In this document: piece by piece, positions 36,840 to 48,955 of the stretch
Layout of the letters: the number at the start of each line of letters is the position of its first letter
Numbering within the stretch: position 1 is the first letter of the stretch
Assembly: GCA_001643675.2 (NCBI GenBank)
Contig: LSRY02000021.1
Location: 806,001 to 870,000 of the forward strand
Origin: Monocercomonoides exilis PA203
Lineage: Eukaryota; Protista; Preaxostyla
Reading direction: 5' to 3'
DNA: 64,000 nt
Program-made: the position numbers and the translations under genes
The notes under the pieces: generated by a model
The model's input: only the letters and a program-made list of their open reading frames with translations
Told to the model about the DNA's origin: nothing
Database searches by the model: none

Positions 36840-39800
36840 TCAACCTTCTTTTAAACAGCAATTCGCAAGGCTGCTTAGAGAAGACTGGAGCTTCATTCGC
36901 GTTGAATCAATTGCTTCTGCTTTCTTTCTGATATTTTTCTGTTCCGCACTTTCATTTTCAGATTGAGGAAACGAAGAAATAACATTCTCCTTATTGCGTT
37001 TGCATGCAACTTCTAAGCAAGCAAGTGATTGTTGCATTGAATCCAGCATCCTTGCAACAGTTGCAGCCTTCGAAAAAACTGAACCTGAAGAAGCAGTGCT
37101 GTTATCAACTCCTAAACTTATGTGAGGATCTTCATCGATATTAACTTTTAATTGAGGAAAAACATCAAAAGAAGAGGATGGCTGAGATTCTTTGTCTGAC
37201 TGTGAGAAAACTGGAGTGTGCTTTGACTGTAGTTCCTCTCTTAGTATTTGCTCTGTTTGAGGAATTGCTGAAGACTCGATGCTATTCTTAGTGTGAGATT
37301 GTACAATTTGCGGTTCATCTTTCACAGAATCCGAAAGCGGATTCTTTTGAAACTGGTTTTGTGAGTCAATCAACGAAGCATCTGCCATTCTTTTGAGCAA
37401 CGAAGCCGCCAGCTGCTTGACTATCTCTTCGGGAGACAGTTGGAGCTGGTTCTGTTGCTTGCGCTGAGCCCGCCGCCTGTTAAAGCTGATTGCACTTGAG
37501 TTCAACGAGTGGAACGAAAGACTCGCCAAAGATGAGTGGGCAAAGGAAGACAAAGCGGATGGAAATTCGCTTGGCTTCGGAAGCAGCTGAGGAGAACTTT
37601 TTGAAAGATGGTTGAGTGCTTCTTTGATTTGTGTGTCTGAATGTGTTTGCAGATCTTTTGATTCTATTTCTATCACTTCATCTTTTTCTGGCTTTTCTGA
37701 CTTTTCAAATTTTTCCATTTTTTCGATTTTTTCTTCGAGCTTGCGATTCAAAAGCTTGCTTTCTTCTTTTTTCATCTCTTTTTCAAATTTTGATGTTTCA
37801 TTCCTCAGTTTGCTGGATGATTCTTTTTGTTCCTGCTTTGAAATCTCTGGTTTTTCAGGTATTTCATCAGAAACACTTTCAGCTATCGATTCACTTGATT
37901 CTTTCTCTTTTTCATTCTCTGACTCACTTTCCTTCCTCTTCCACCTCCCTTTCCATTTCTCTTTCCCTTTAAATTTTCCTTTTCCTTTTCCTTTCCCCTT
38001 CCCCTTTCCTTTCCTTTCTTCTTTTTCTTTTTCTTTTTCTTTTTCTTCCTTTTCTTTCTCCCTCTCCCTCTCCCTCTCCTTTTCTCTTTCTCTTTCTTTC
38101 TCTCTTTCTTTTTCCTTCACTCGTTTCCTCAATGAAGGCACCTCATCTTCGTCTATGTTGATTTCCACAGGCTGCGAATTCTGTCTAGTAGGATAACCAG
38201 ATCTCCTCTTAATTTCGCTCGATGTGCTTTTCCCTTTTGAAGAAAGCGCCTGCGACAAAAGCCGGGTTGCTTTTCTCAATGCTTTTATTCGAGAAAACTT
38301 AAAGCTCCTCAAACTTTGTGCTTTGTCTATGAGAGGTCTATCTTTGCTGCTTCTATTGTCGCTTTTGTTGTCTTTTTTGCTTTTAACTTCGACTCCGACA
38401 TTCATTTGGCTTTCTCTTTCTCTTCCTCTTCCTTTTTCTTTCTCTTTTTCTCTTTTATTTTGACTTTTTCCTTTTCTAACACTTTCACTCACATGTCTGC
38501 CTTTGCCTTTCCCCTTCCCTTTCCCTTTCGCACCTCCTTTTCCACTCACAGCAACAAGCACATCGGCATCTTTTCTCTCAACACTCTCACTCTTTCTTTG
38601 TTTTTTATTGTTTTCACTTTTATCATTCTTTTTCTTTTTCTTCAGCTCTTTTTTCTTTTCTTCCTCTTCCTCCTCTTCCTCTTCCTCTTCCTCTTCCTCT
38701 TCTTCAACTTCTTCTTCCTCCTCTTCTTCTTTCCCAATCCCCACATCTTTATGCCCAAATCGCTTCTGGTGTGCCATTTTATTGCGAAGCTGTGTGAATC
38801 TGACACCGCATCCATCTGCAGTACATACAAACGGCTTATCCACATCTCCCTTTGACAGAACATTCTCTTCTTTCTCCTGTTTATCTGTGTTTGAATGCAA
38901 CATTCCCCATCGAATCTCGTTTGCCTCGGCATAATTCAATCGCGACATGCGTATTTGGAAGATGTCGAATTCTTCGATTTTCAAATAGCCAAGCTCACGC
39001 GGACTTATCAGACCTGGTTTTTTCTTTGGAGGTTTTTTGATTTGGGGTTTGGAAGAAGAAGTAGTAGTTGAAGAAGAAGAAGAGGAGGAGGAGGAAGATG
39101 AGGATGAAGAAGAGGAAGAGGAAGTAGTAGTAGAAGAAGAAGAAGTTGAAGCGGAGACAGGAGGAGAAACAGGAGGAGAAACTATAACAGGATCAGTATC
39201 AGAAGGTGAAGGATGTGAAGGATGTGAAGAAGGAGGAAGAGGAGGAGGAGGAGCAGTTGCAGTTGAAGAAGTCTCCTTTGTCTTCGTAATGGCAATAAGA
39301 GGAGTAGAAGGAGAAGATAGGGAAGAAGAAGAATGAGAAGAAAAAGGAGAATTGGAAGATGAAGAAGGAGGAGAGGGAGAAGGAGAAGGAGAAGAAGAAA
39401 CAGTTACAGAAGTTGAAGCAGAAACAGAAGCAGCAGCAGAAGAAGAAGGAACAGCAATTGGAGCATGAGCAATAGCAGAAACAGAAACCGAATCAGAATC
39501 CGAATCAGAATTATCATCAGCAGCAATGTTTATTCCTTTCAAATGTCTTCTCCTTTTTTCCTGTGACCTTCCTCTCTGAGGCAAAGAATTTTTTGGTTTT
39601 GACTTGCGATTGAGTGGCTTTTTGTGGGAATTTTCATCAGAAATCGAAAAGGAGTCAGAAGAAGGGGTTGGAGAAGAAGGAGGAGAAGAGGAAGGGGAAG
39701 AGGAAGGAGAATATGAATCAGAAGGAGAAGAGGAAGAGTTGAAGAAGGAAGTGGTGGAGGAAAGAGGAGGGGTGGAAGAAAAAGAAGGAGAGGATGAAAT

Positions 39801-42800
39801 GGAAGGAGAAGGAGAAGGAGAAGGAGGAGAAGAGGAAAAGGGGGAGAAAGGGGAGAAAGGAGAAAAGGGAGAAGAGGAGGAGGAAGGAGAAGAGGGAGGA
39901 GAAGGAGAATGAAGAGGTGGTGGTGGAGGAGGAGAAGAAAGAGGAGGAGGATGTTGTGGAGAAGGACGAGCAGGAAGAAGTTGAGGATAACGAGGAGGAA
40001 AAAGTGTGGAAGGAAAAGGAGAAGAAAAGGGCAAAGAATGAAAAGGAAGAGAAAGAGAAGGAGCTTTTAAAGAAGGAACAGGAGGAGAAGGAGAAAGGAA
40101 AGCTGAATTTGGAAATGGAGGTGAGCGAATCGGAGGTGAAGGGGTCGGAAAAGGTGAAGATTGAGAAGAAGAAGAAGAAGATGATGATGATGAGGAGGAG
40201 GAGAAAGAAGAAGATGATGAAGAAGAGGTAGAAGAATGCGGAGGCTTAAGAAGCTGTGGCAGCAGAGGAGAAGGAGAAGAAGGAGAAGAAGGAGGAGAAG
40301 GAGAATATAAAGGGGAAGACAAAGTTGAAGTCGAAGACGAGGAAGAAAGGAAAGACGAATGAGGAGTGGATGGAGGTGATAGAGGCAAAAGAGGTGATTC
40401 AGGCGGAATTTCTATTGATTTGCTGGAAGAAGAAGGAAAAGGTGATAATTCGACGGATTTGGCTTTGTGCTTTTTGCTTTTGGAAGACTTTGAAATGTGC
40501 TTCTTTTTGGATTTAGATGACTTTGCTACCTTTGAAACTTTTGCAATTTTTGCTCCCTTTGTAACCTTTGTAACCTTTGCAACTTTTGCAATCTTTACAG
40601 TTTTTGCTTCCTTAACAGTTTTTTCTCTCTTTTCTATTTTTTCGATTTTTTCTGTTTTTTCTGTTTTTTCGATTTTTTCTGACTTTGTTACTTTTGCTTC
40701 TTTAACTTCTTTTGCTTCTTTCTCTTCTTTTGCTCCTTTCCCCTCTTTTGAATCTTTTGCCACTTTTATCTTTTTTGTTTCCCTTTTCGCCTTTTCCGCT
40801 GAATGAGAGGAAGAAATTCTGATTTTGCGTCCAATTTTCACTCCCTTTGGAGGAGCCTTATGATGTTTGTCATTGGAAGAAGTATCTTCATCATGAGTTT
40901 CAACTTTCTTATGCTTATCTTTCTTGCTTTCCCCTTTTTTGCTCTTTTTGCTCTTTTTGCTCTTTTCTTCTTCTTTTCCTCTTCCTTCTTCTTCTCCTCC
41001 TCCTTTTCCTTTTCCTCCTCCTCCTCTCTGCACTTTCGGAAAGTCTGTCATGTGATGATTCACCATCTGGTGTCTTTTCAGCGACCATTTCGTGGCAAAT
41101 CTCTTTCCACAGCCAGCCACAAGGCACTTGTACTGCTTAGACACGGCCCGTGGCTTCATAAAGTATTTCTTCTGGAACATCAGCAGGTCCCTCAGCCGCG
41201 GGGCGTAGTTTCGGAAATCGGACGTGTTTCGTGTGTTTTCGAAGATTTCGCTGGATTCTATGGGGTTGGATGGATCAATGATGTATTCAGATTCAATAGA
41301 GTCTTTTTCTTCTTTGAAATCTTTATTTTCTATCTTTTCTTTGTCTTCTTTATCTTCTTTTCTTTTCTTTTCTTTTTCATCTTTAGCTGAATCATCACTT
41401 TCTTTGTATTCTGTCCCTGGTTTGTGGAACAACTCCAGATGGCGCTTGAGCGAGCGGGCGGTTGTGAAGTACTTGGCACACGAGGGAAAACTGCACTGGT
41501 ATGGCTCAGCAGATATCTTGAAGTTCTTGTCGTAGAGAGAAGAGGGAGAAGAGGAACGGATTATTTTTTCATTTCGAGAGGGGTTTGAGATTTGTGAGGA
41601 GTTTGTAGTGGTGGATGGCTTTGATTCTGGGGAAGACAAAAGAGAAGAAGAGGAAGAGGAAGAAGAAGAAGAAGACGACGAGAGTGAATTGGATGTAGAA
41701 GATGACTCTGACGTGAAGGAAGATTCTTCTGAAGAAGGACGAGAAGGATGAGATGATTGAGATGGTTGAGATGATTGAGCTGGCAGTGCTTGCACTGTCT
41801 GAATTGTGTGAAGTGTCTGAAATGACTGAGATGTTTGAAGTGTTTGCTGTGTTTGAGACATTGACTGTGGCTGTGGTTGTGGCTGTGATGCAAAGGGCTC
41901 TGGTGTGACTGAGAGTGGGATAGATGATAGGGAGTCGATAGGAAATAAGGCTGAATTGGTTGAGTGAAATGGCTTTTCGTCGGATTCTGATGGAAATAAT
42001 GAGGAGGGAATTGAATGGTTGAGTGAAGGAGAAGATGAAGAAGCTGTTGATTTATCGCCAAACGGCTTGTTTTCTTGATTCAGCAACTCAATTTTTGGTG
42101 ATTCTTTTTTCTTTTTTCGCTTCTGTTTATCTCCAATTTTCTTTGAACTTTTCGATTTCGGAGTTTTTGATTTGTTGTTTGCTGAATTATCTGATTCGTA
42201 ATTGTTTGTTTGCGAAATGTTTACAAGTTGCTCGTGAATTCGCTGAGAATCGGTATCATCTTTATCTGTGATGCTTTTTTCTTCAAACTCTGAATTTTGC
42301 TCATTTTCATTTGTTGATTTCAAACTGTCCGAGCAAATTTTTCCACCGCTTTTGCTTTTCAAAAGTGAAGTGTATGAAGGGTGTACAGTTTCCATGTGTT
42401 TTTCGTATTGTTGCCTCGTTTGAAAAGCGGATCCTGATCTGCACATGTGACAATTGAATTCTGATTCAGAGGTTGCATCCGTCTTTGTTGAACAGTCAGT
42501 AGAATGAACTTTAGAATTGTTCGATTCTGACAAATTTTCAAAAGGAAACATTTCTGTTTCTGTGTTTACATTGGCAGTTGCATTTGATATCATGGGAATT
42601 GTTAAAATATCTGGAGATGATATTTGAAAGCTTTTCTCTTGATCATTGCGAGATGAGTGAGGATTTTTAATGTCTTCTGTGTTTACACTAGAACCGGATT
42701 CTCTTGAGAAAAGCTGCATTGATTGCTTCACGGAATTTTGTTCCTCCAAATTCAATATTTCTTTGCATTCTTCGATAATTGCTTCATTTGTATCTTTTGC

Positions 42801-43013
42801 TTGCAAGTTATTGCTTTTTTCCTGATCATTTGACGTATCTTCGACAAGAGATTGCAGCGTTTCATTATTATTTAAATTTTGTTTTGAGCACATATCTCTA
42901 CAATCATTATTTAATAAATATTTTGAACAATTATAAGAAGAAGCAGAAATACAAATAAAAAATATTTTCAAAAGAAAAAAATAATTAAACTGATTGCTTG
43001 TTTCTGTATTCAT
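36840..43013 (-). CDS. C2H2 zinc-finger protein, four dispersed fingers in Ser/Pro/Lys/Glu low-complexity sequence; probable in-frame-readable intron near 42899-42991
   Basis: FNCHMC..H...H; YQCSFPSC..F..ARSLKRHLELFH; YKCLVAGCGKRF..KWSLKRHQMVNH; KPFVCTADGCGVRF..LRNKMAHQKRFGH. Confidence 0.88.
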   Translation of the reverse strand: MNTETSNQFNYFFLLKIFFICISASSYNCSKYLLNNDCRDMCSKQNLNNNETLQSLVEDTSNDQEKSNNLQAKDTNEAIIEECKEILNLEEQNSVKQSMQLFSRESGSSVNTEDIKNPHSSRNDQEKSFQISSPDILTIPMISNATANVNTETEMFPFENLSESNNSKVHSTDCSTKTDATSESEFNCHMCRSGSAFQTRQQYEKHMETVHPSYTSLLKSKSGGKICSDSLKSTNENEQNSEFEEKSITDKDDTDSQRIHEQLVNISQTNNYESDNSANNKSKTPKSKSSKKIGDKQKRKKKKESPKIELLNQENKPFGDKSTASSSSPSLNHSIPSSLFPSESDEKPFHSTNSALFPIDSLSSIPLSVTPEPFASQPQPQPQSMSQTQQTLQTSQSFQTLHTIQTVQALPAQSSQPSQSSHPSRPSSEESSFTSESSSTSNSLSSSSSSSSSSSSSLLSSPESKPSTTTNSSQISNPSRNEKIIRSSSPSSLYDKNFKISAEPYQCSFPSCAKYFTTARSLKRHLELFHKPGTEYKESDDSAKDEKEKKRKEDKEDKEKIENKDFKEEKDSIESEYIIDPSNPIESSEIFENTRNTSDFRNYAPRLRDLLMFQKKYFMKPRAVSKQYKCLVAGCGKRFATKWSLKRHQMVNHHMTDFPKVQRGGGGKGKGGGEEEGRGKEEEKSKKSKKSKKGESKKDKHKKVETHDEDTSSNDKHHKAPPKGVKIGRKIRISSSHSAEKAKRETKKIKVAKDSKEGKGAKEEKEAKEVKEAKVTKSEKIEKTEKTEKIEKIEKREKTVKEAKTVKIAKVAKVTKVTKGAKIAKVSKVAKSSKSKKKHISKSSKSKKHKAKSVELSPFPSSSSKSIEIPPESPLLPLSPPSTPHSSFLSSSSSTSTLSSPLYSPSPPSSPSSPSPLLPQLLKPPHSSTSSSSSSSFSSSSSSSSSSSSSQSSPFPTPSPPIRSPPFPNSAFLSPSPPVPSLKAPSLSLPFHSLPFSSPFPSTLFPPRYPQLLPARPSPQHPPPLSSPPPPPPLHSPSPPSSPSSSSSPFSPFSPFSPFSSSPPSPSPSPSISSSPSFSSTPPLSSTTSFFNSSSSPSDSYSPSSSPSSSPPSSPTPSSDSFSISDENSHKKPLNRKSKPKNSLPQRGRSQEKRRRHLKGINIAADDNSDSDSDSVSVSAIAHAPIAVPSSSAAASVSASTSVTVSSSPSPSPSPPSSSSNSPFSSHSSSSLSSPSTPLIAITKTKETSSTATAPPPPLPPSSHPSHPSPSDTDPVIVSPPVSPPVSASTSSSSTTTSSSSSSSSSSSSSSSSSSTTTSSSKPQIKKPPKKKPGLISPRELGYLKIEEFDIFQIRMSRLNYAEANEIRWGMLHSNTDKQEKEENVLSKGDVDKPFVCTADGCGVRFTQLRNKMAHQKRFGHKDVGIGKEEEEEEEVEEEEEEEEEEEEEEEEKKKELKKKKKNDKSENNKKQRKSESVERKDADVLVAVSGKGGAKGKGKGKGKGRHVSESVRKGKSQNKREKEKEKGRGRERESQMNVGVEVKSKKDNKSDNRSSKDRPLIDKAQSLRSFKFSRIKALRKATRLLSQALSSKGKSTSSEIKRRSGYPTRQNSQPVEINIDEDEVPSLRKRVKEKEREKEREREKEREREREKEKEEKEKEKEKEERKGKGKGKGKGKGKFKGKEKWKGRWKRKESESENEKEKESSESIAESVSDEIPEKPEISKQEQKESSSKLRNETSKFEKEMKKEESKLLNRKLEEKIEKMEKFEKSEKPEKDEVIEIESKDLQTHSDTQIKEALNHLSKSSPQLLPKPSEFPSALSSFAHSSLASLSFHSLNSSAISFNRRRAQRKQQNQLQLSPEEIVKQLAASLLKRMADASLIDSQNQFQKNPLSDSVKDEPQIVQSHTKNSIESSAIPQTEQILREELQSKHTPVFSQSDKESQPSSSFDVFPQLKVNIDEDPHISLGVDNSTASSGSVFSKAATVARMLDSMQQSLACLEVACKRNKENVISSFPQSENESAEQKNIRKKAEAIDSTRMKLQSSLSSLANCCLKEG

Positions 43014-43822
43014 CCTTGTTAAAACTGCTGCGTAACTCGAGTTGAAGATTGATCAAATAGTATACCATATTATTTTTTTGCATTTCTTTTGAATGAAAAT
43101 AATAATTATAATATTATTCTATCAAAATAAAATGATTAGATCAATTAGAAAATTATCCGTCTTTTTTGAATTGACAGAATTTGTCAGAATAGATTCAATC
43201 TTTTCAAATAAAATTTACTCTTTTTGAATGTTCGTTTTTCTTTTTGGCTTTTGCTCAGACAAATGCCAATTAACAAAAACAAACAAAATAATGCCTATTG
43301 AGAATATCAGCACTTGTGAGAATTATGAATTCACAATCAAGAAGTTTCTGCCCGGACCACAAAACCTGAAAAGAAAAATTCAGAAAAATATTTGTTTCAT
43401 AAGTTATTTTCGGCAATAATCTTCTGAGAAAGAGGATAAAATTCATACTAAAAGAAAGAGCTTATCTCAAAATAACAGTCATCTCAAAACATTTTCACAG
43501 AGCACCATCTGCAACTTGACGAAAATGAGGAACAGAAATTGAACGGCAAATTACAATATGCTCGTGATGTGCACGCAAACAAATTTTTTTTCATCCAAAT
43601 AAATAACTATGTGCTTAAAAATCATCACATGATAAAGAAAAGGAAAAAACAAAAAAACAGTGAACATAGAAAAACCCAACATTATACAACATGAAGAAAG
43701 AAAAAAAATATACTTTTTCAAGATGAATCTTTTCAAAAGTTTACATTTCATTGACAAAGAACATAAAAAACTCAAAATATTTAACAGTTGGAAAATAAAA
43801 ATAAAAAAATAAAAGGAAACAA

Positions 43823-45962
43823 TCAAAATGCAACATTGGTTTTAGTGTTCGCTAAAGGCACTCTCATTTCTGCACTCTCAGCGGAAGCAGAGGCACTTCC
43901 TCCGTATGCCTTCTGCTGCCTCTTTGCAAGCATTTTCGCCTCTCTTTCATCCAAATACTTCTTCTTCGCTGCCTCTTCCTCCTCGACATCTTCTTCTCCC
44001 CTGTGTCGGATGCCTTCCATGTACTCCCTCAGCCCGTTCGACGAGTACGGAACATATGCGCTTCCTTTGCTCTGTGCAATCTCCTCATCTTGCAGGAAGC
44101 ACATGAATATCGTGTCGAGCAACACATCATACACCTCCATCACCAAATACGCCACCACAAACGAGATCACAAAGCACAGCAGCGCCAAGAACCACCAGTA
44201 GTTGATGGTCAGTTTGTACAAATGCACTCCCAGAAAGTCTGGGCGCATGAACAGCACACAGCAGAAGGTGGACATACAGGCGCAGCTGAATATGGAGCAG
44301 AGGATAATGAGCGAAGAGATCACGCTCAAAACAGATGTGCGCAGCACGTTTCGGAGCATTAAATTCAGTGCATTGACAGCAGACGGGAAGAATGACTTCC
44401 CGTGCATCATCATCATCACATACGCCCGTGCTGCTATGAACTCCACCATCTTCTGGCAGCACCTCAAGCAGCAGTCGCAGCAGCACAGCACAGCCTTCAG
44501 TGTCGGGTTCTTCACTTTCGACACTTTTTTCCTCAAATATAGCACAATCGAGCGAAAGAACTGCACAATTGCTATGAGGAACGAGCCGATGGCGACAGAG
44601 CCGAGATGATGGCCCCACAAAACAGACATCGCACGGGCGACAGGAAAGCGGGGGACGTCTGCTTTGTCCAGCACAAAGAACCACGTTGCTCCGGCTCCTG
44701 CGATTGTCGACTGGTTGAGGCCGATGAGGAACGAGGTGCACCACAAAAAGAAGAGGAACACAAACAAAATGACATAGCGGGACGTTGTGTCGACGACAAT
44801 AGAGCGAGTCTCTGAATAGTCGTCGGGAATAGACACATTCTGGCTGAAGTAATAGACCATAGTCACGATGAACAGCACAGTCACAACAAGAAACAGGGAG
44901 ATGTGGAACACAGGCACACACACCACACAGCACATCGAGCGAATTGCCCGCGAAGACTCCTGAATCAGCTTTGTTGCCAGAGAAATGCGGCGTCTCAGTG
45001 ATATGACTATGATAGCGAGTACCACATCAAGCAGAATCAGAAATCCCCCAAAGCCAATGAACACGTAAGATGAGGTCTTATCTTGCTGCAATGGGTCCTT
45101 GAAGTGCATCCATCCATAAGCAAATATCCACGCTCCGACGACCATTACAGCAATAAGGCAGGCAAGGATGGAAAGCCACACGATGCAATATCCACAGCAC
45201 TGGAAACAACAAATTTCCAGAAAGCAGATCACAATACTGAAGCCAGCCGACAACAGAAGGATATACCAGCCTTGTGATATATCTGACACAAAAGAAGTGA
45301 ACACATTTGTCATATCTTTGAACCCAGGAACATCATCAAAATTGCTGATTGAGGCTGGTAGACACCTAAACATTACAGCATAAAACTTTTTTTCGTTTGT
45401 AAAGATAAAATCTGTTCCTTTGCTTATGCATTCTGTTTCATTGTCGCTCGATAGATGTCCGTCTTTTGTGTTTATACATTGATGACCTTCATAAGGACAT
45501 TGCTCGATGCAAACAGTTTTAACAGTCGCAGGATCAGCGGTGATAATTGGATCTTGAAAAAGATATTGGCGCTTAAGATAGTTGTAATTCTTATTAAGTT
45601 TTCCACAGAAGTTTTTGCTACGAAAAAAAATTTCAATGAACGAATTAAGATTCAGTCTAAAGGAATTCATACTCTTTTGTGTATGGATAAGCGAGTTTAT
45701 ATGGTTCTCCATGAATAAATCCCAAACAAAATATAACAAACATCGCTATTATGCATATTCCAAATATAATTAAACAATAGAAATCACGACAACATCCATG
45801 ATTCTCTCGAAAATCAACTCTTCCATCTTTCATGGGTAATGCCTGAATAGGTTCCCCTGCTTCTGACAAATAATGCATTGAAATAATATTTTTAAGTTTC
45901 ATAAAAAACAAAAGAATTTATCAATCACTGAGCCAGAAACCTACTTTCTTTTCTTCACTCAT
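43823..45962 (-). CDS. Choline transporter-like protein (CTL/SLC44 family), 2 small 5' introns
   Basis: About 10 TM segments; CRDFYCLIIF; VCIEQCP; RRRISLATKLIQESSRA; IAGAGATWFF; HLGSVAIGSFLIA; CCCDCCLRC; AYVMMMMHGKSF; DTIFMCFLQD. ATG at 45962 (MSEEKKV|EAGEP). Confidence 0.93.
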
Positions 45963-46394
45963 TTCAATATATTTTTGTTATGGCTATGTAAAAATGCGTT
46001 TGATTATTAATCATTTTCATAATAATTGTTAATGAAAGTATCAAAACGATATCTTCTTGAAAATGTATTTCATACTTGAAATTTGCTCATCTGAACAATT
46101 TTTCAGTTTCAAAAGATAAAAAAAAGTGCAAAAATCTATTTTAAAAAAGTGAATAATGTAAATTTGCAATATTGAAAATTAAACTCAAATAATTCAACGG
46201 TTTTCAATAAATATTAGCTATTTAAAACAATAATTTCAGTTGTGAATTACAATATTTTTAAAAAAAAATACTCAAAAGTGAACAAATTTGGGACAAAATT
46301 CATAAAGCAAAAAATATCGTCCCATATGGGTATAAGGTGGCTTCATTTGAATTAACCTAACATATTTTAAACAATTTTGCTCATTTGAATAAAC

Positions 46395-48456
46395 TCACTT
46401 TATTCTCATTTTATCGATTTTAACCAAATCATCCTTCACTGATGCGACTCTAAAATCGTAACCTCTATCATATTTTTCCTTTCTTCGATACGTGATCATG
46501 TCAACTATTTCTGTGCAACCTTCTTCCTCAGAAAGCTCTGCTAAATGAACACACCGCATAACAGCCAATTTCACTTCACTTGTGCTATATTTTTTAATAA
46601 AGTTATTTTTAAACCCAAAAATTCTTGATTGCTCATCCGATGAATTCTTTTCTTCCTTCAATTGATTGCTGAGATACGAAGACATTTCCATATACATTTC
46701 TGTTAAATTCGTCACAAATCTTCTCAGAAATTCCAATCGGATAAATAATCCAGTGGAGTAGAACAAAATCGAATGCACATGAAAATATATCTGAATATTT
46801 TGAGAGCTCAAACACAATGTGCTTTGAATTCAATAGTGCCTTCAAAATTAAGCCCAAATAGCTCCGCCATAAATGACACGCATATTTGATTGCAGGAGGC
46901 AAATCATGATTAGACACAAAATGAGAAGAGAAATAAATTGTATTTTTCTTCACTGCACGCATGCAAACAACCAAAAACTCCCGATACTCCGTAGTCCCCA
47001 CCAATCGCACTAAATTCATCTCTTTTTCAGTCGAATTGTAAATAAAATACACAGCTGACGATAATGGATCGTTATATCCGTATTTTGGAATATATTCTCT
47101 TAGTTGACGGTAGTAATCGAATGAATCTATTCTTTGAGGAGTACCAAAATAATCCTCCTCCATTGGGTTCAGGTAAAACCCTCTTGTCTGAGCCAAAAGG
47201 GGCTGAACGCACACAAACGAGAGCGGAATAAAACAATCATTAGGAGTTGGTTGATGATGCAAGCAACTTATCCGGCAAGCAGGTTTCGTTTGTTTTCTTT
47301 CTCTTGTTTCTTTGCCTTTCAGCTGACGAACCGAAGAATTCATATTCTTTCCAGGATTTTGCAATGAAACAACTTTGCGTACAGAAACATGCGATTTTGC
47401 ACGTGCGGAACCTGAATTCATCGCTTTTGAGATTTGTTTTTGAGGAGACGATGAAACAGAAGATGAGTTTGCAGAGCTTGTTGGCTTGGCACATAATGCT
47501 GAATTTGACGCTGCAGAAGAAGTACAAATTGAACTGGAATCTGATGATGAAGCAAACTGCCCTGATTCACAGACATTTAACGAAGAAGATTGCTGAGTGC
47601 AATTGAAACCATCTTCAGGTAACTTGCTGAACCATTCTCTAATAAGTGAATAACACAATTTCATTATCATTTGAACTCTCTTTTTTCCAAATAATGCAAT
47701 TGGCTCATAATCATAACCAAAAATAGAATTTAGTGATTCAAGGCACAACCATTGATGCAACGGAGGAAGAGAACAGACATTGTTCAGTAAAGAATCGAAA
47801 ATTTTATTGCCTTTCTTTTGCTTTATTAATTCAGAAACTGAAATGCATATCAACAGAAATTGATAAATCCAAGCGATCAAAAAATTATTAAACAATTCCA
47901 AACCGTTCTCTGAAAATTTCAAAAAGGAGAAGTACGTAATAAAAGAGTCTTCTTCGTTTAATGGTTTAATCAAAAGATTTTCAAAAGCATCAGCAATTAT
48001 ACTCGTTTCTTCAAATGACAAATGGAAATTAACCATTGCTACAATGCGTGCAATTATGTTTTTCAAGCGCTGAGGCGTTCTTCGCGAAACTATTTGGTTC
48101 AGAAGTATTTTTTTCATCTGAGAACGCTCAAAAACAGATCTAATTTTAGCTTCGCAATATAATGAGCACGACGATGACGCTTTAAAAGCAACAAGCTCCA
48201 AAAGGGAAAGAATTGAACTTTTTAATTCTATTGAAGGATTTTCAATTTAAGTTGAAAGCATTCCAAAAGAATCGGTTGTTAATTTTCGAACTTTATTTAG
48301 AGGAATGCTTGCCAGACGCATTCCAAGCTGTTGAATAATGCTTTGTTGAACTTTTTCATTATTCTTCTGTGTGATATTAAAGACTGTTTCTTCAAAAGAC
48401 AATTCTTTTCTGGAAGTGCTTTCGAAATCTTCCTCTTCTTCAGTCCTCCAAATCAA
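46395..48456 (-). pseudogene. Disrupted hypothetical helical protein with C-terminal EEEG motif (in-frame TAA at 48247-49, frameshift near 46750)
   Basis: ORFs 48247-48456 and 46633-48201 are in the same frame, separated by one TAA. The C-terminus LAELSEEEGCTEIVD lies in a shifted frame (46395-46817). Could be sequencing error rather than a true pseudogene. Confidence 0.55.
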
Positions 48457-48955
48457 TAAAATTATTTACGTATTTATAAAAAAACGAATTTCAAACATTG
48501 AGTAAATCCACTGGCCTGAAGCTTTTAACTTTTTGATTCAATAAAGATCATAAACATAAAAAAATAATTATTACATAAGATTTGGGGGAATTTTTTTGCA
48601 ATTATGAAAAAAACTGAGAATAGTTCCAAACTTTTTCTTCAATCATTTCATTGTAAATCAACAGTAACAATGCAAATAATTCCAGAAAAATTCAAAAACT
48701 GAGAAAAATATTTGTTTGAGAAGAATGGAACAAAATTCATAAAGAAAATTATTTTGTCCCATATGTTCAAACAGAAAAGAAAGAGAAAGAGAAAATATGA
48801 TTGAAACAAAGTGAAGAAAACTTTTCTTCACTAAATGTAATGGAATCATTTTCTTCTGAACTTAAAGAGATAAAAATAATTCTAAAATATAACACAGCAT
48901 ACAAAATAACAAATTATCATAAGGCAAATCCTGTAATAAAATTCGAAAAATATTT

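Noticed and set aside
37612-41535. Many 100-200 aa antisense or alternative-frame ORFs (also at 11-13 kb, 19-20 kb, 30-31 kb and 50 kb)
   Set aside because: By-products of stop-poor low-complexity triplet repeats in real genes.
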